DNA of 63,037 nt, counting the filler, from Octopus bimaculoides (taxonomy: Eukaryota): the NCBI RefSeq assembly GCF_001194135.2. It is 8 parts of 8 records of this genome, joined end to end, with 100 filler letters (N's around TTAATTAATTAA, not from the genome) between each part and the next. Parts side by side here need not be neighbours in the genome. Positions count along the whole stretch, not along the records: positions 33,347 to 39,318 come from NC_068981.1; positions 39,419 to 54,470 come from NC_068995.1; 6 more parts are not named here. The stretch is one strand, 5' to 3'. The notes below the pieces were generated by a model that was not told the DNA's origin, ran no database searches, and was given only the letters and a program-made list of their open reading frames with translations. The position numbers and the translations under genes are program-made. Positions 37,406 through 50,598 of the stretch are shown here, piece by piece; the first letter of the stretch is position 1; the number at the start of each line of letters is the position of its first letter.

Positions 37406-38697
37406 TACAGGGCCCGGGGAATAAATTGTCGTCTAAATTAGGCAAGAATGAGAATAACACTGACTTCTCATTTTAACGGATATATTTACCAAAACTACAT
37501 AAAAATATCTTGAAATACTAATGAGTAAATTTATTCAATAACATCGCCATTAGCTTCAACCACGGCTTCCAGACTTCTTAAGAATCTTTTGCAATTCTTC
37601 TGGACGGTCTCCTCGTTTAAGTTGGTGAATGCTGTCATAATCCGTGCCTTCAGTTCCTCTTTGGTGTTACAAGGAGTTTTGTTGGTCTCTCACTCAGCTG
37701 CGCCCCACCTATAATAATCAAGGGGGTTACGGTCTGAGGAGTTAGGTGGCCAGATGTTAGGGGTGATGTGGTTGCAGAAATTGTCTGACAGCCTTCACTG
37801 AGTTCTCCTGCTTGTGTGGCATGGTGCAGAGTCCTGTTGCCAAATATAGGATCTTCCAGCAATCACCCTCTTGACCCAGGGTAACACTACATCCTCCAGG
37901 CATTTGATGTGAGACACCGTATTGAGACTGAGGCTGTGTGGGAAGATGATTGGAGACATAACGTTGCCATCACTAGTGATCACACCAAACACAATGATGT
38001 TGACTGGATGTTTGATTTTTATCACTCTCGGTACATGTTTTCGGGACACAGCAAGCCAACGGTTGTTCTACGCGTTCACCATCTGACACTGGCAAAATTT
38101 TTTCTCGTTTGGAAAAAAAAACAAAGCATGAGCGGTTGGAGAGGATGCTTGAGTTTGTTGAAAAGCTTCGTAGCGCGGTTTTTCCTCTTGTCCTTGATGG
38201 CTTGGGATAAAAACTGGCCCTTTATAATTTTATATGAGGAATACCGAATGTTTTCATGCATTACTTGCCTAATGTGAAACTCAGACACATCATGTCTGAT
38301 GGACCTAATTGACTTGGAGGGATCGTTGTCAGTCATGGCTTGGATCTCACCAACAAATCCAGAAATTCTTTTCTTATCAGAACGATCAGAGTGAGTTTTC
38401 CGAGCTGCAGTACCTTCGTAATCACCATTAGACTCTTCCAGCTCTTTCCGGATCCTCAGCACTGTCCTGAGATTGACACCCAAACATTCTGAAATGTTCT
38501 TATTGGAGCTTCCAGCGCGAATACCAAGCAGTACAGCATGTTGTTTCCAGATTTCTGGCAGAGTAAATTGCGTCATGGTGCTACTTTTCTTACAGATGGT
38601 GCCCAGCTGACCCTACTATACTGTGCAGTTGACAAAATCAAAATGAACGCGAAATTAAAAATATAAAATGGTGACAATTTACCCATCGTACTTTGTA
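37406..38697 (-). mobile_element. Full-length Tc1/mariner DD37D (maT) transposon; transposase pseudogene 38576-37531
   Basis: HTH N-terminus MTQFTLPE..; WQQDSAPCH followed by exactly 37 residues to the D of WPPNSSDRNPLDY; degenerate TIRs sharing TACA..TAAATTGTC; a frameshift and at least two stops. Confidence 0.9.
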
Positions 38698-38749
<52 letters not shown>

Positions 38750-38807
38750 AAATGACAACAAAAGAATGAGACCTCGATATTAGGTAAATAGAGGATATTC
38801 ATGTATG

Positions 38808-39303
38808 TATAATTTAGGGCAATCAGTAAGTTGTCATAATAGTACTCAGAGTTTCAAATGCCTGAGCTAAGAGGTACGATGCATTCTCATCGGCTATTAT
38901 GACAATAGATGCTATGAAAAACTGTTGAATAAAAGGGACGTTACTCTGATATGTAGGAAAAAATATAAAAGATAAAAAATGCACGCAATCATATTCTCAC
39001 AATACATAGACATAAAATCGCCTGCGTTTATATGTATGTAGACATTATCTATGTAAACGTTATGTATGTAGACGTTATGAACGCACAAGGTTTTATGTCT
39101 ATGTATTGTGAGAATATGGTTGCGTGTATTTTTTTTATCTCTTATAATATTCCTACCTATTAGAGTAACTTCCCTTTTATTCAACGTTTTTTTTTATAGC
39201 GTCTGTTGTCATAATAGCCGATGAGAATGCATCATAGATCTTAGCTCCGGCATTTGAAACTCTGAGTATTATAATAACAACTTACTAATTGTCTTAAACT
39301 ATA
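38808..39303. mobile_element. Foldback MITE with ~225 bp inverted arms
   Basis: 38808-39031 pairs with 39076-39303 (e.g. TGCATTCTCATCGGCTATTATGACAA / TTGTCATAATAGCCGATGAGAATGCA); central 15-bp triplication; TA flanks. Confidence 0.85.
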
Positions 39304-39418
39304 TATATATATATATATNNNNNNNNNNNNNNNNNNNNNNNNNNNNNNNNNNNNNNNNNNNNTTAATTAATTAANNNNNNNNNNNNNNNNNNNNNNNNNN
39401 NNNNNNNNNNNNNNNNNN

Positions 39419-39467
<49 letters not shown>

Positions 39468-39721
39468 CATATGTGTGTATATATATATATATATATAAGA
39501 GAGAGAAAGAGTGTGATAGTACCTGCAATATATTTCAGTGCATCCAATTATCGAACCTTACGTCTACTACATATGTGTCTGTGTGTATTACTTATTCAGC
39601 TTTGCATATCTGTCAAAATATTTTACCTGTAATTTTTCCATTCATTTATATAATTATCTCTATATCTTTAAATATATGTGTATGTGTCTGTTTATGTATG
39701 CGTGCCTGTGGACGTGAGTGG

Positions 39722-39765
<44 letters not shown>

Positions 39766-40603
39766 GCACACACATACACAAATCCATCTAAATATATGCA
39801 AACACACGCAAGCACAACCATGCACGCATTCACGTACCTACACGCATATTAACACACATAGACATGCACATATAAATGTAAAAATATGTGTCTGCATGTA
39901 TGTAATAGATTTATGATTTATGAGAGAAACTGCAGTAGCCTTAGAAACAAATAACATTTTAAATCTGCGAGAAACAATAGAATTATTTCTAAATATTTCA
40001 GGCAGTTCCAAATATTTGCATCATTTTCAAATGAATTATACAATTAAATCTTAGAGAAATAAAAAACATACATGATGATTTTAGAAGAAAACTCCATAGA
40101 AATAGATAAGGAACGCTCATCTTGAATGTTCTTATACTTTGAGCCCACTATAAGACCGACAGTGATATCGTATTCCTCCTAACCAAGATCCTAAACGAAT
40201 GAGTATGGATATAATATTTAACGTCTAATCTATTGGTTGTTAATCATATATGTCTTAAGAGCGATTACTATGCAGTTCCCTTTTAATGGCCATTCTCCTT
40301 GTAAGTTGAACTACGGCTGGCTTTATTACTATAATTATATTTGAGTGAATTATTATTATTTTTTAAATTCGAAGAGGTTTCATTACGTACAGAGGTTACG
40401 TTTTGTACAGAGATGGTGTTTTGTACAGGAATAGATGTGCTAGAAATATAATTTTAAATTGCGTCTGTGAAAAATCTCATAATCCCTCTGCTCTAATGGG
40501 AAATAATTCTTGAGTTATGTTTCATCTGATCACGTACGTATTAAATAGTGAATTATACTATGCAGTTTCGGCCGGTTACACTTGTTATATATATGCGTGT
40601 GTG

Positions 40604-40686
<83 letters not shown>

Positions 40687-40707
40687 ATGTATGTATGTAC
40701 CAACCAC

Positions 40708-41062
40708 ATGGCTCCTGGTTCAGTCCCAGTGTGTGGTACCTTGGGCAAGTGTTTTCAACTACAGCCTCTGAACGACCAAAGCCTACTGAGAGGATTTGTT
40801 AGAGGGAAACTGAAAGAAGCCCGTCATATATATATATATATATGTGGTGTGTGTGCATGTGTGTGTGTTTGTCCCCCCACCACCACTTGACAACCGATGC
40901 TGGTATGTTTACGTCTCCGTAACTTAGTGATTCGGCAAAAGAGACTATAAAATAAGTACTAGGCTTACAAAGAATAAGTCCTGGAGTCGATTTGTTCGAC
41001 TAAAGACGGTACTCCAGCATGGCAACAATCAAATGACTGAAACAAGTAAAAGAATAAAAGAA
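40708..41062 (+). mobile_element. SINE family B, 5'-truncated
   Basis: Colinear with 45447-45872. Confidence 0.85.
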
Positions 41063-42069
41063 CACATACATACATGTGTTTGTGTGTGTTTGTGTGTGTT
41101 TGTGTGTGTGTGTGTGTGCGTACATACACAAGCACTGTTTCTATTTCATTTTTTATTATTAGTCGAATTGTTGACTAATTAAGCAAAAAATTATTGATTA
41201 CTTGATTACTCTTCCGATTAATCAATCAGTTAGTTCAAAGTTGTTTCGTCGTGATTGGCGCGATATAATCAATGCCGTGTGTATTGAACTGCTCAAAACA
41301 TGCACATGTATGTATATATGTACGTACGCACGTATGTACGTATGCATGCATGTATGTATGTATTTACGTACATCAACTTAACTACTCATATTTAAATAAG
41401 TTACAAATATAAAAAAAATAATTTTCTTTGTCATTTTTATGCATTATTTACATTTCTTTGTATCTGTATATTTGTTTTAACCTTTTTAAAACTTGTTTAT
41501 TCTCGTTTCTATATTTACCTTTATAAACAACTTTTTCTTTGTTCACACAACACACAATCACTCACATCCCAAACATATACAGAAAGAGGTGTAGAGAGAT
41601 TTATAGATAGAGAGGCATGAGTAAGCATAATTTATCGAATATATATATATATATANNNNNNNNNNNNNNNNNNNNNNNNNNNNNNNNNNNNNNNNNNNNN
41701 NNNNNNNNNNNNNNNNNNNNNNNNNNNNNNNNNNNNNNNNNNNNNNNNNNNNNNNNNNNNNNNNNNNNNNNNNNNNNNNNNNNNNNNNNNNNNNNNNNNN
41801 NNNNNNNNNNNNNNNNNNNNNNNNNNNNNNNNNNNNNNNNNNNNNNNNNNNNNNNNNNNNNNNNNNNNNNNNNNNNNNNNNNNNNNNNNNNNNNNNNNNN
41901 NNNNNNNNNNNNNNNNNNNNNNNNNNNNNNNNNNNNNNNNNNNNNNNNNNNNNNNNNNNNNNNNNNNNNNNNNNNNNNNNNNNNNNNNNNNNNNNNNNNN
42001 NNNNNNNNNNNNNNNNNNNNNNNNNNNNNNNNNNNNNNNNNNNNNNNNNNNNNNNNNNNNNNNNNNNNN

Positions 42070-42159
<90 letters not shown>

Positions 42160-42747
42160 CATGTACGTATGCATGTACGTACGTATAGTCATTATCTCTA
42201 TCCATCAATCAATCAGTCTATTTATCAATCTTTGAATCTATCTAAGCATAGAATCAAATCAGTGTCACTTTACGGCTACAGGACGTACACAGCACACAAT
42301 ATGTTGAAAATTAATATATATTTTTAAATTAAAAAGTTTACACACGTCGTTCGATATGAATGGCGAAGCATCAACTTTTCGTACGCTAAATGAATTCAAA
42401 TATGAATTGTTTTCATATATCAATAGTCATGCGTAGATAATATCTTTAATATCTCTTTGTCAATTTCCTTTTCTGTCCTATAATAATCTTGTTACACATG
42501 AATTGTTTTCCTGTTCTCCTGAGACATATCTTGTGAGCAAAATGTATATGTGTCTATGAGAATGTGGTATACATAGTCAAACGCATAGTTATAAATATAG
42601 TTGTATATGCATATCATACATATGTATACAAATACACATATCTATCTATCTGTCTACCTATTTATACATAGATAGATAGATATTTGCACGTATGCGTAAA
42701 TATACACAGGTATATCTGTGCGAGCAGGTGTATATATATATATATAG

Positions 42748-42797
<50 letters not shown>

Positions 42798-43122
42798 ACC
42801 CTTATACATATATGTATGTAGATATATATATATATATATTATGGCAGTATATTACATAGATTTATTATATATAAATACATATATATATACATAAATACAT
42901 ACATAGAGATACATATATACATACACACACACGTGTATGCGTGTGTAGTTATATACGTGTGTATCATATATATGTGTGTATGTGGTTGGGATATTTATAT
43001 ATAAATATATATATATATATNNNNNNNNNNNNNNNNNNNNNNNNNNNNNNNNNNNNNNNNNNNNNNNNNNNNNNNNNNNNNNNNNNNNNNNTATGTATGT
43101 ACGTATGTATGTGTGTGCAAGC

Positions 43123-43155
<33 letters not shown>

Positions 43156-43601
43156 TGTATGTATGTATGTACGTACGTACAACAACGAAAAATGGAAAAT
43201 AAAATTGTCGAGTAGAAACAACAAGGATAATAAATCACGAAATGTTTTCATTTTGAAAAAAATAAATGCAACGCTTGTAAATGCGGATCTTTTCAATATA
43301 AGGAGACGAAAAAAATGGAGGAAAATCAAGTTTTCTTGCTTTACTTTTTTTTTCTAGCAATAAGCAGCATTAAAACTTGAAACGCAAACGTATTCCTTAC
43401 TTGAATATCCAAAGCCCCTATGTATGTGAACATATATTATTATAAGATGTATACATATATATATGTGTGTGTGTGTGTGTGTGTTTGAATGTGTGTATGT
43501 GTGTCTGTATAGACGTATGTGTCTGTGCGTGTTTGTCTCCGTTTAAGGGTATATATTTATACATATATGTGTCCATCATATATTAACAAATATACGTAGG
43601 C

Positions 43602-43653
<52 letters not shown>

Positions 43654-43674
43654 ACATACATATANNNNNNNNNN

Positions 43675-43724
<50 letters not shown>

Positions 43725-43862
43725 GTATATATATATATGTATATATATATAAGCGCACACAGATACACACATATATATAGATATATAGCATGGCTATATA
43801 TATATAGATGTATAGCAGGAATAGATATAGATATATACATATATATGTGAGTGTATCTCTCA

Positions 43863-43907
<45 letters not shown>

Positions 43908-44454
43908 TTCCGTGGTATATATTTGTGACATATATCTAGTTAGTATTGTTGTGTAGTATGTTTCCCAAAGGAATATCTCGTTATTCAAAAATGCTCATGC
44001 ATGCGTTTATATTGTGCATTCAAACGCCTCTCACGATTTCGCTATTACGAAATTATTTTCGCTAATCAGTCGTAAGGGAAAAGAAAGCGAAAAATATAGC
44101 AACTAAAATAGATATCTATTTATTGCTTATATATATTTATATTGTCTATGATATTTACTTACACGTTTCATAATATTACTACAGTTTTCCTCTGTTGAAA
44201 ATAGAAGATTGTCTAAATAGATACATGCACAGTGTTGCATATGTATAAATGACTGTCGGTTTATACGTGAGTAGGTATGAGGTAATGTAAGCATAAGTGA
44301 ATGTAGTGCTGTGCTTGTGTTGTGAGTTCTTCTTGTTGAATGTGTGTGTAAGATANNNNNNNNNNNNNNNNNNNNNNNNNNNNNNNNNNNNNNNNNNNNN
44401 NNNNNNNNNNNNNNNNNNNNNNNNNNNNNNNNNNNNNNNNNNNNNNNNNNNNNN

Positions 44455-44785
44455 NACGGAACAGCCTGCTCTTGAAATTAACGTGCAAGTGGCTGAGCTC
44501 TCCACGGATACGTGTACCCTTAACGCAGTTCTCGGGGAGATTCAGCGTGACACAGAGTGTGACAAGGTTGGCCCTTTGAAATACAGGTACAAAAGAAACA
44601 GGAAGAAACGGCGAGAGAAAGTTGTGGTGAAAGAGTACGGCAAGGTTCGCCACCAACCCCTGCCGGTTCCACGTGTAGTTTAGGTGTTTTCGCTCAATAA
44701 AAACTCACAACGCCCGGTCTGGGAACCGAAACCGCGATCCTACGAACGCGAGTCCAGTGCCCTAACCACTGGGCCATTGCGCCTT
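44455..44785 (-). mobile_element. tRNA-derived SINE family C
   Basis: Head GGCGCAATGGCCCAGTGGTTAGGGCA..GGTTTCGGTTCCC; colinear with 56715-57049. Confidence 0.85.
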
Positions 44786-45446
44786 CATATATGTGTGTGT
44801 GTGAGTGTGTGTGTATGTGCACATACACATATGTTTGCATGTATGTGTCATATGCATATGTATGATTTTATGTATAGATGTGTATGTATACTTGTAAACA
44901 CGAAGTCTGATAACGAAGCTAATGCACCTAGAGTAAAGCCGTTTGGCAAAGATTGACCTTGAACTCTTAATACATGTGCACTAAGTTCTAGCGTTCCAGC
45001 TCACTTCTGCTGTTTACAGCATTGCTTGGAAGAAAGGTTTGTATCGTGTGATCGTCGCCTTGACCATGACAGAGAAAGTTGAGCAGCGATTAGGTGGGTA
45101 GGAGTAAACAGTTGAAGTAGGTGTCAGATGAAGAGAGAGGAAGGGAGTCAGATTAAGAGAGGTGGAGAATTAAGCTCATATGGTGGAAAGGAACTAAGAT
45201 AGAAGATTAATACTTGGTCAAGGTGAAGTTGGGAGTCCGGATGGCCCCTGTGCAAAGACAATCCGAACACAGACAGATGTGTGTGTGTGTGTATGTGTGT
45301 GTGTGTTCGACAAAAATTCTTGAAAGCGCTGCTCCAGCATGTCAGCTGTCTAATAACCGAAACAACTAAAAGATGGAAGATAAACAGAAAAGTGTAACTG
45401 CAAATCAAAAAGAAAAATACTAAGAGAAAACTTAGTAAATGGCACT

Positions 45447-45604
45447 GGCATGGCTGTGTGGTAAGAGGCTTGCTTCCCAACCACATGGATACGGGTTCAG
45501 TCCCAATGTGTGACACCTTGGGCAAGTGGCTTCTACTATATCCTCGGCCCGACCAAAGCCTTGTCAGTAGATTTGGTAGAAAGAAACTGAAAGAAGCCCG
45601 TCGT

Positions 45605-45641
<37 letters not shown>

Positions 45642-45872
45642 CATTGTGTGTGTGTGTGTGTTTGTGTTCGTTCCCCACCAACGCTTGACAACCGGTGTTG
45701 GTATGCTTACACCCCCGTAAACTAGTGATTCGGCAAAAGACACCGATGGCATAAGTACTCTACTTAGAAAGAATAAGCCGTGGTAGGGCGGTTCTATTTG
45801 TTCGACTAAAAGGCGGTGCTCCAGCATGGCCGCAATCAAATGACTAAAACAAATACAAAAATAAAAGAATAA
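45447..45872 (+). mobile_element. SINE family B, full length with internal microsatellite
   Basis: GGCATGGCTGTGTGGTAAGA (A box), GGGTTCAGTCCC (B box), ACCTTGGGCAAGT, internal (CA/TA/GT)n, A-rich tail. Confidence 0.9.
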
Positions 45873-47472
45873 TAATCTAGCGTACATCGGGTAACAGTAT
45901 CTTTTGCCTTTAATTACTGCCACTGAAAATCTTGCAGCAATCCAACCAACCATCCCAAAACTTGTAAAATGAAAATATATCCATTATCTCTGATGTTATA
46001 ATCTTTCAAAGGAGATATACAACGAGACAGTCTGTCTCAGATTTATATTTGCATTGGCATAAAAACCGCTGTCTCATTTACATGAGTCTACACAAGGATC
46101 TATAACAGGAAGGAAAAGTAATATGACTCCAAATTTCTATGTTGACGATCTTTTTATCTATACTAAATATAATCTACAATGCTGAGAAACAGCTGGGTTT
46201 TAAATGATATTCCGATGGAATGTGGCCAAATGTAGAACTCCCACTCAAAAGTTAAACGATAAAAACCACTTTCCAAACGAAAACCATAAACATAAATAGT
46301 TTTTCTATTTTTCCTTTTCTACATATTGAGTGCTACAAATAGGTATTGATGAAAGTGTAACACACGAAAGTGAGGTGATTAATAATTATAGTATTAGAAT
46401 TTCTCAACATGGTCGTACGAGCTTTTTTCTTGCACCTACACAATGTCGAATCATGCATTTGCTTCAGCTTTCCTAGTGCCCACATTTAGCTTAGTTGAAA
46501 TATGTTCAAGTACTTTATAGAGGTGGTCGGTTCCATGGATATTAAGCACCTCAAACGAGAATCTTATATCAACCGGAACAATGTCAAACACTTTCCAGGA
46601 AATAACATTCATATATACATTCATACAAATACTCTCTCCTACTCTCACACAAACAAAGAAACACACACATATGTATATACAGCGGTTGGACAAAATAATG
46701 GAAACATCTTAAAATTTCAAAAAAAAAAATTATTTTAATACGGGGTAGGAATGCCTTTGGCAGTAATTACAGCTTGAATTCTACAAAGTTTGAATTGTTT
46801 CCAAAGGAATTTTTGTCCATTAAATATTATAATCATACGTACGTGTGTGTGTGCGTGTGCGTGTGAGTGTGCGTGTGTGTGTGGAGTCATTACTACACTG
46901 AATATCTTTAGTAGTATTAAATGAAAAAAAATATTTCTAATACCGAACGTGTTCAAACTTTCGACTATATCCGTGAAAATTTTCGCACAGATTCAAACAT
47001 ACCAGAAGACTTGATATAACAGTTTCAGTCAGAAAGCCAAAAAACCGTATGTATAATTGTAAAGAACAGTTGCCCAGTGGAAGCTAAGATTGCAATGAAT
47101 AATTAGTGAGAAGGGAAACATTTATGGACAGGAGCTACGACACCTACAGTTTCTGTGGCGATAATATAAATTTAAATATGTACTTTGAATCGTTGGTGAA
47201 CTTTGCTATGTTATTAAGTCTCAAAGTAATAGTTTGGAAAATTTGTTGTTTTCAGGTGAAAAGAAATAAAGACGCCATCACTCTGGAAGCAGAAAAGATG
47301 AAAATATTCAAGGCTTTTTCTAAATTGCATGATGTATAACCATTATGCTTGTTCTTGTTATTATTTTTACCTAAATTCTAGTGATAGGGATTCGTTTCAT
47401 TCATAGAAACCAAACCATTCTATACACGAATTATTCAAAGAATTAAAATGAAAATAGACACACACGTACGTG

Positions 47473-47512
<40 letters not shown>

Positions 47513-48177
47513 TAGACAGATTGATAGAAAGAAAGAGAGACAGAGAGAAACATAGATATAAATGTATATATACATAAACATATGTATATATACATAAACA
47601 TATATATATATACATAAACATATATATATATATATATACATAAACATATATATACATAAACATATATAGAAACCTATATATATACATATATATTAATATA
47701 TATATGCATATGTATTTGTATGTATATATATATAGTTGCAATTCTATATATATACATATATATACATGTACTAATATATATGTATGTATGTATAATTATA
47801 TGCAATTATATGTTTCGAGTTTAAATCGCACTTCTCCCTAATCTGTGATGCGTAACTTTGAAAACTGTCAATAGGTGTCACTTCGTGCCTATGCATATTT
47901 TATAATTATGTTTTTATGTTGGTAAGCAGATAATGAGNNNNNNNNNNNNNNNNNNNNNNNNNNNNNNNNNNNNNNNNNNNNNNNNNNNNNNNNNNNNNNN
48001 NNNNNNNNNNNNNNNNNNNNNNNNNNNNNNNNNNNNNNNNNNNNNNNNNNNNNNNNNNNNNNNNNNNNNNNNNNNNNNNNNNNNNNNNNNNNNNNNNNNN
48101 NNNNNNNNNNNNNNNNNNNNNNNNNNNNNNNNNNNNNNNNNNNNNNNNNNNNNNNNNNNNNNNNNNNNNNNNNNNNN

Positions 48178-48233
<56 letters not shown>

Positions 48234-48309
48234 GTATGTATGCATAAATATACATGTGTAGATGTGTGTGTATACTTATATAAGCGGGATAAAATAGATT
48301 AATAGATTA

Positions 48310-48357
<48 letters not shown>

Positions 48358-48573
48358 AAATATATATGTGTAGGTGTGTGTATACTTATATGAGCAGGAT
48401 AAAGATAGATAAGTAGATTAATATATATGTACACATATACATGATATATATATATATATATATCCTTAGAGAGAAATATGTACACACGTATGTGTATGTA
48501 CGTATGTATGTTTGTGTACGTGTGTATGTGTAGGTCTGTCTTTGGTATATGCATGTATCTATATAAGGTGGGG

Positions 48574-48611
<38 letters not shown>

Positions 48612-50042
48612 TCACTCGAACCAAATGACAGTGTATAATTTCTGTGCAAGAAGAAATTAGAAAGTAACAGAAATACTCAAGTTCAAAATGTGTCGTCTGC
48701 AAAGAGAAATATTCTCTTCATATCATTTATTCACAATATGGAATCCTATTTTGTTGTGTTTGAAGCATATTATTATACTGAACTTATATTTAAGCATGCA
48801 GAGAAGTTAAGTTCTGGAGCTTCCCTTAGTTTTCAAGAAGTCCGTAATGTGTTCTGGTGTAGATAATTCTAGTTAATTCTTGTAATAAAACATATATGCT
48901 GGGAGTGATAACAGAAACATACATTTTCATATGTCAGTATGTAAACAGTGTCACACACACACACACACACACAATATTAAACATATACATCTGCTTGACA
49001 GCAATTATGATATATGTAGAATACAGTGGTAGAGCATTATAAATAAAACACCAATATAATATCTAAGACCGTCACCTGCTATCGGAGTTGGCTTGGTGAT
49101 TTGGTGGCGTGCACCAAGCTCTCGCTTATTCTTTTAGCTACCTGTGTAATATCGAGTTGACATAGAGACCCTCTCTTTCTTCATAGCTTTGACCCAGTAA
49201 AAAATGGAGGAAGTGACTATTAGAGACAGATACAGACAGACAGACAGAAAGAGGGAGAGAGAAGGGGAAGAAAGAGATCGAGAGAGAAAGACGACATCAC
49301 CAGTAGTGGGTTGTTTTTGTTTCTTGTTTTGTTTTGTAATTTTTCTTTTCTAACTTCATAGAATGAAAAGCAAAGTTGACGCCAGAAATTTTAAATCTTT
49401 TGGCGAGCATCTTTATCGGAAACCTTTAATTTTGTGTAAAGCGAAGTTACAGGTCTAAAATTATTAAGAACGTCTTCTTTGTTCGTGACCTTATTCAATA
49501 ATGTCACCACTCTTCGGGACACATAATTGAGAATACTCCCATTTTGTTCATGTTGCTAAGTCATAAGAGAATAGTTTGCCATGGAGCAATAAGACCTGTT
49601 GAGAGAAACAAGACCTGATAATTTGCCACTCACACAATTCCCAAACGTTTGTTTCTTCAGTTACCAAAATTGGTTTTTCGCAGATCTATGCGTCTTTGAC
49701 TATGGGCTGCGACCGACTGCCAACTTATGCATCGTAGTCCACTATCTCAGTTCATTGCACTTTGCGAACAGTTCGATGAAGCCTTGCCAAAATCTGCTCA
49801 CTCAGACTTGGTGCCATGTTACACGAATACCACCCAACTCAGTCGAATGGCTTTCATTCTGTGTCTAACCGTATGAGGTCTTAGATCGGACAAGGCAACG
49901 TTTGTATTTCACAAAGTCACAGTCAAAATACATTCTCGCTACTTTGTACTGGATAACCGGTCTTCTGTGTCCTAGGGCTCAAGTGGAAAATGCAAGTGCG
50001 CATTAGTCCATTCTCTTGAAGCATTATCATTCCAAGATTCCT

Positions 50043-50261
50043 TTAATCCTATAGTATTCAGATTACTCCGCTTATTTATTCACATTATTTTGAATTAATC
50101 ATGAATTATCTTGAAACATCAAAATTTTCTAAATGTGATACTTTATTTTTATAATGACATTGTTGGGTAGATATGAGATGTCTGATCGGGCCAGTTTGCG
50201 TATAAAAACAAGTAGAATATATATTGGCAGGATATGGTCAGTTTAAATGCTAAAGGATTAA
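50043..50261. mobile_element. piggyBac-like MITE family 1, full length
   Basis: TTAA-TCCTATAGTATT ... AATGCTAAAGGA-TTAA. Confidence 0.75.
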
Positions 50262-50399
50262 ATAAGATTTCACTTACTTTACAAGTTCATTTTTTTAACT
50301 AAAGCGAATTACATTACTTGATGTTATTGCTGTTTCTGGCTTTGTTATAAAACGTAGCAAGCTAACATATTTGTTAGGGTAACAGTAAAATGCATCAGA

Positions 50400-50598
50400 A
50401 AATTGCATCAGAAAAATGCTTTACCGTATTTCTCTAAAACTTGATACTTTGAGTTTAAATCCCGCCGAAGCCAACATTGCCTTTCATCCTTTCAGGGTTG
50501 ACAAAATAAAGTACCAATCAAATACTGTTGTCCATGATATCAACTACTTCCCCTTCCCCTCGAAATTATTGGTCTGGTTCCTAAGTTAGAAACCATTA
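50400..50598 (+). mobile_element. SINE family A, diverged
   Basis: GAGTTTAAATCCCGCCGAAGCCAACATTGCCTTTCATCCTTTC body; ATT tail. Confidence 0.75.

Noticed and set aside
47256-47339. Strong acceptor followed by VKRNKDAITLEAEKMKIFKAFSKLHDV*
   Set aside because: No upstream partner exon or homology; cannot be told from chance.
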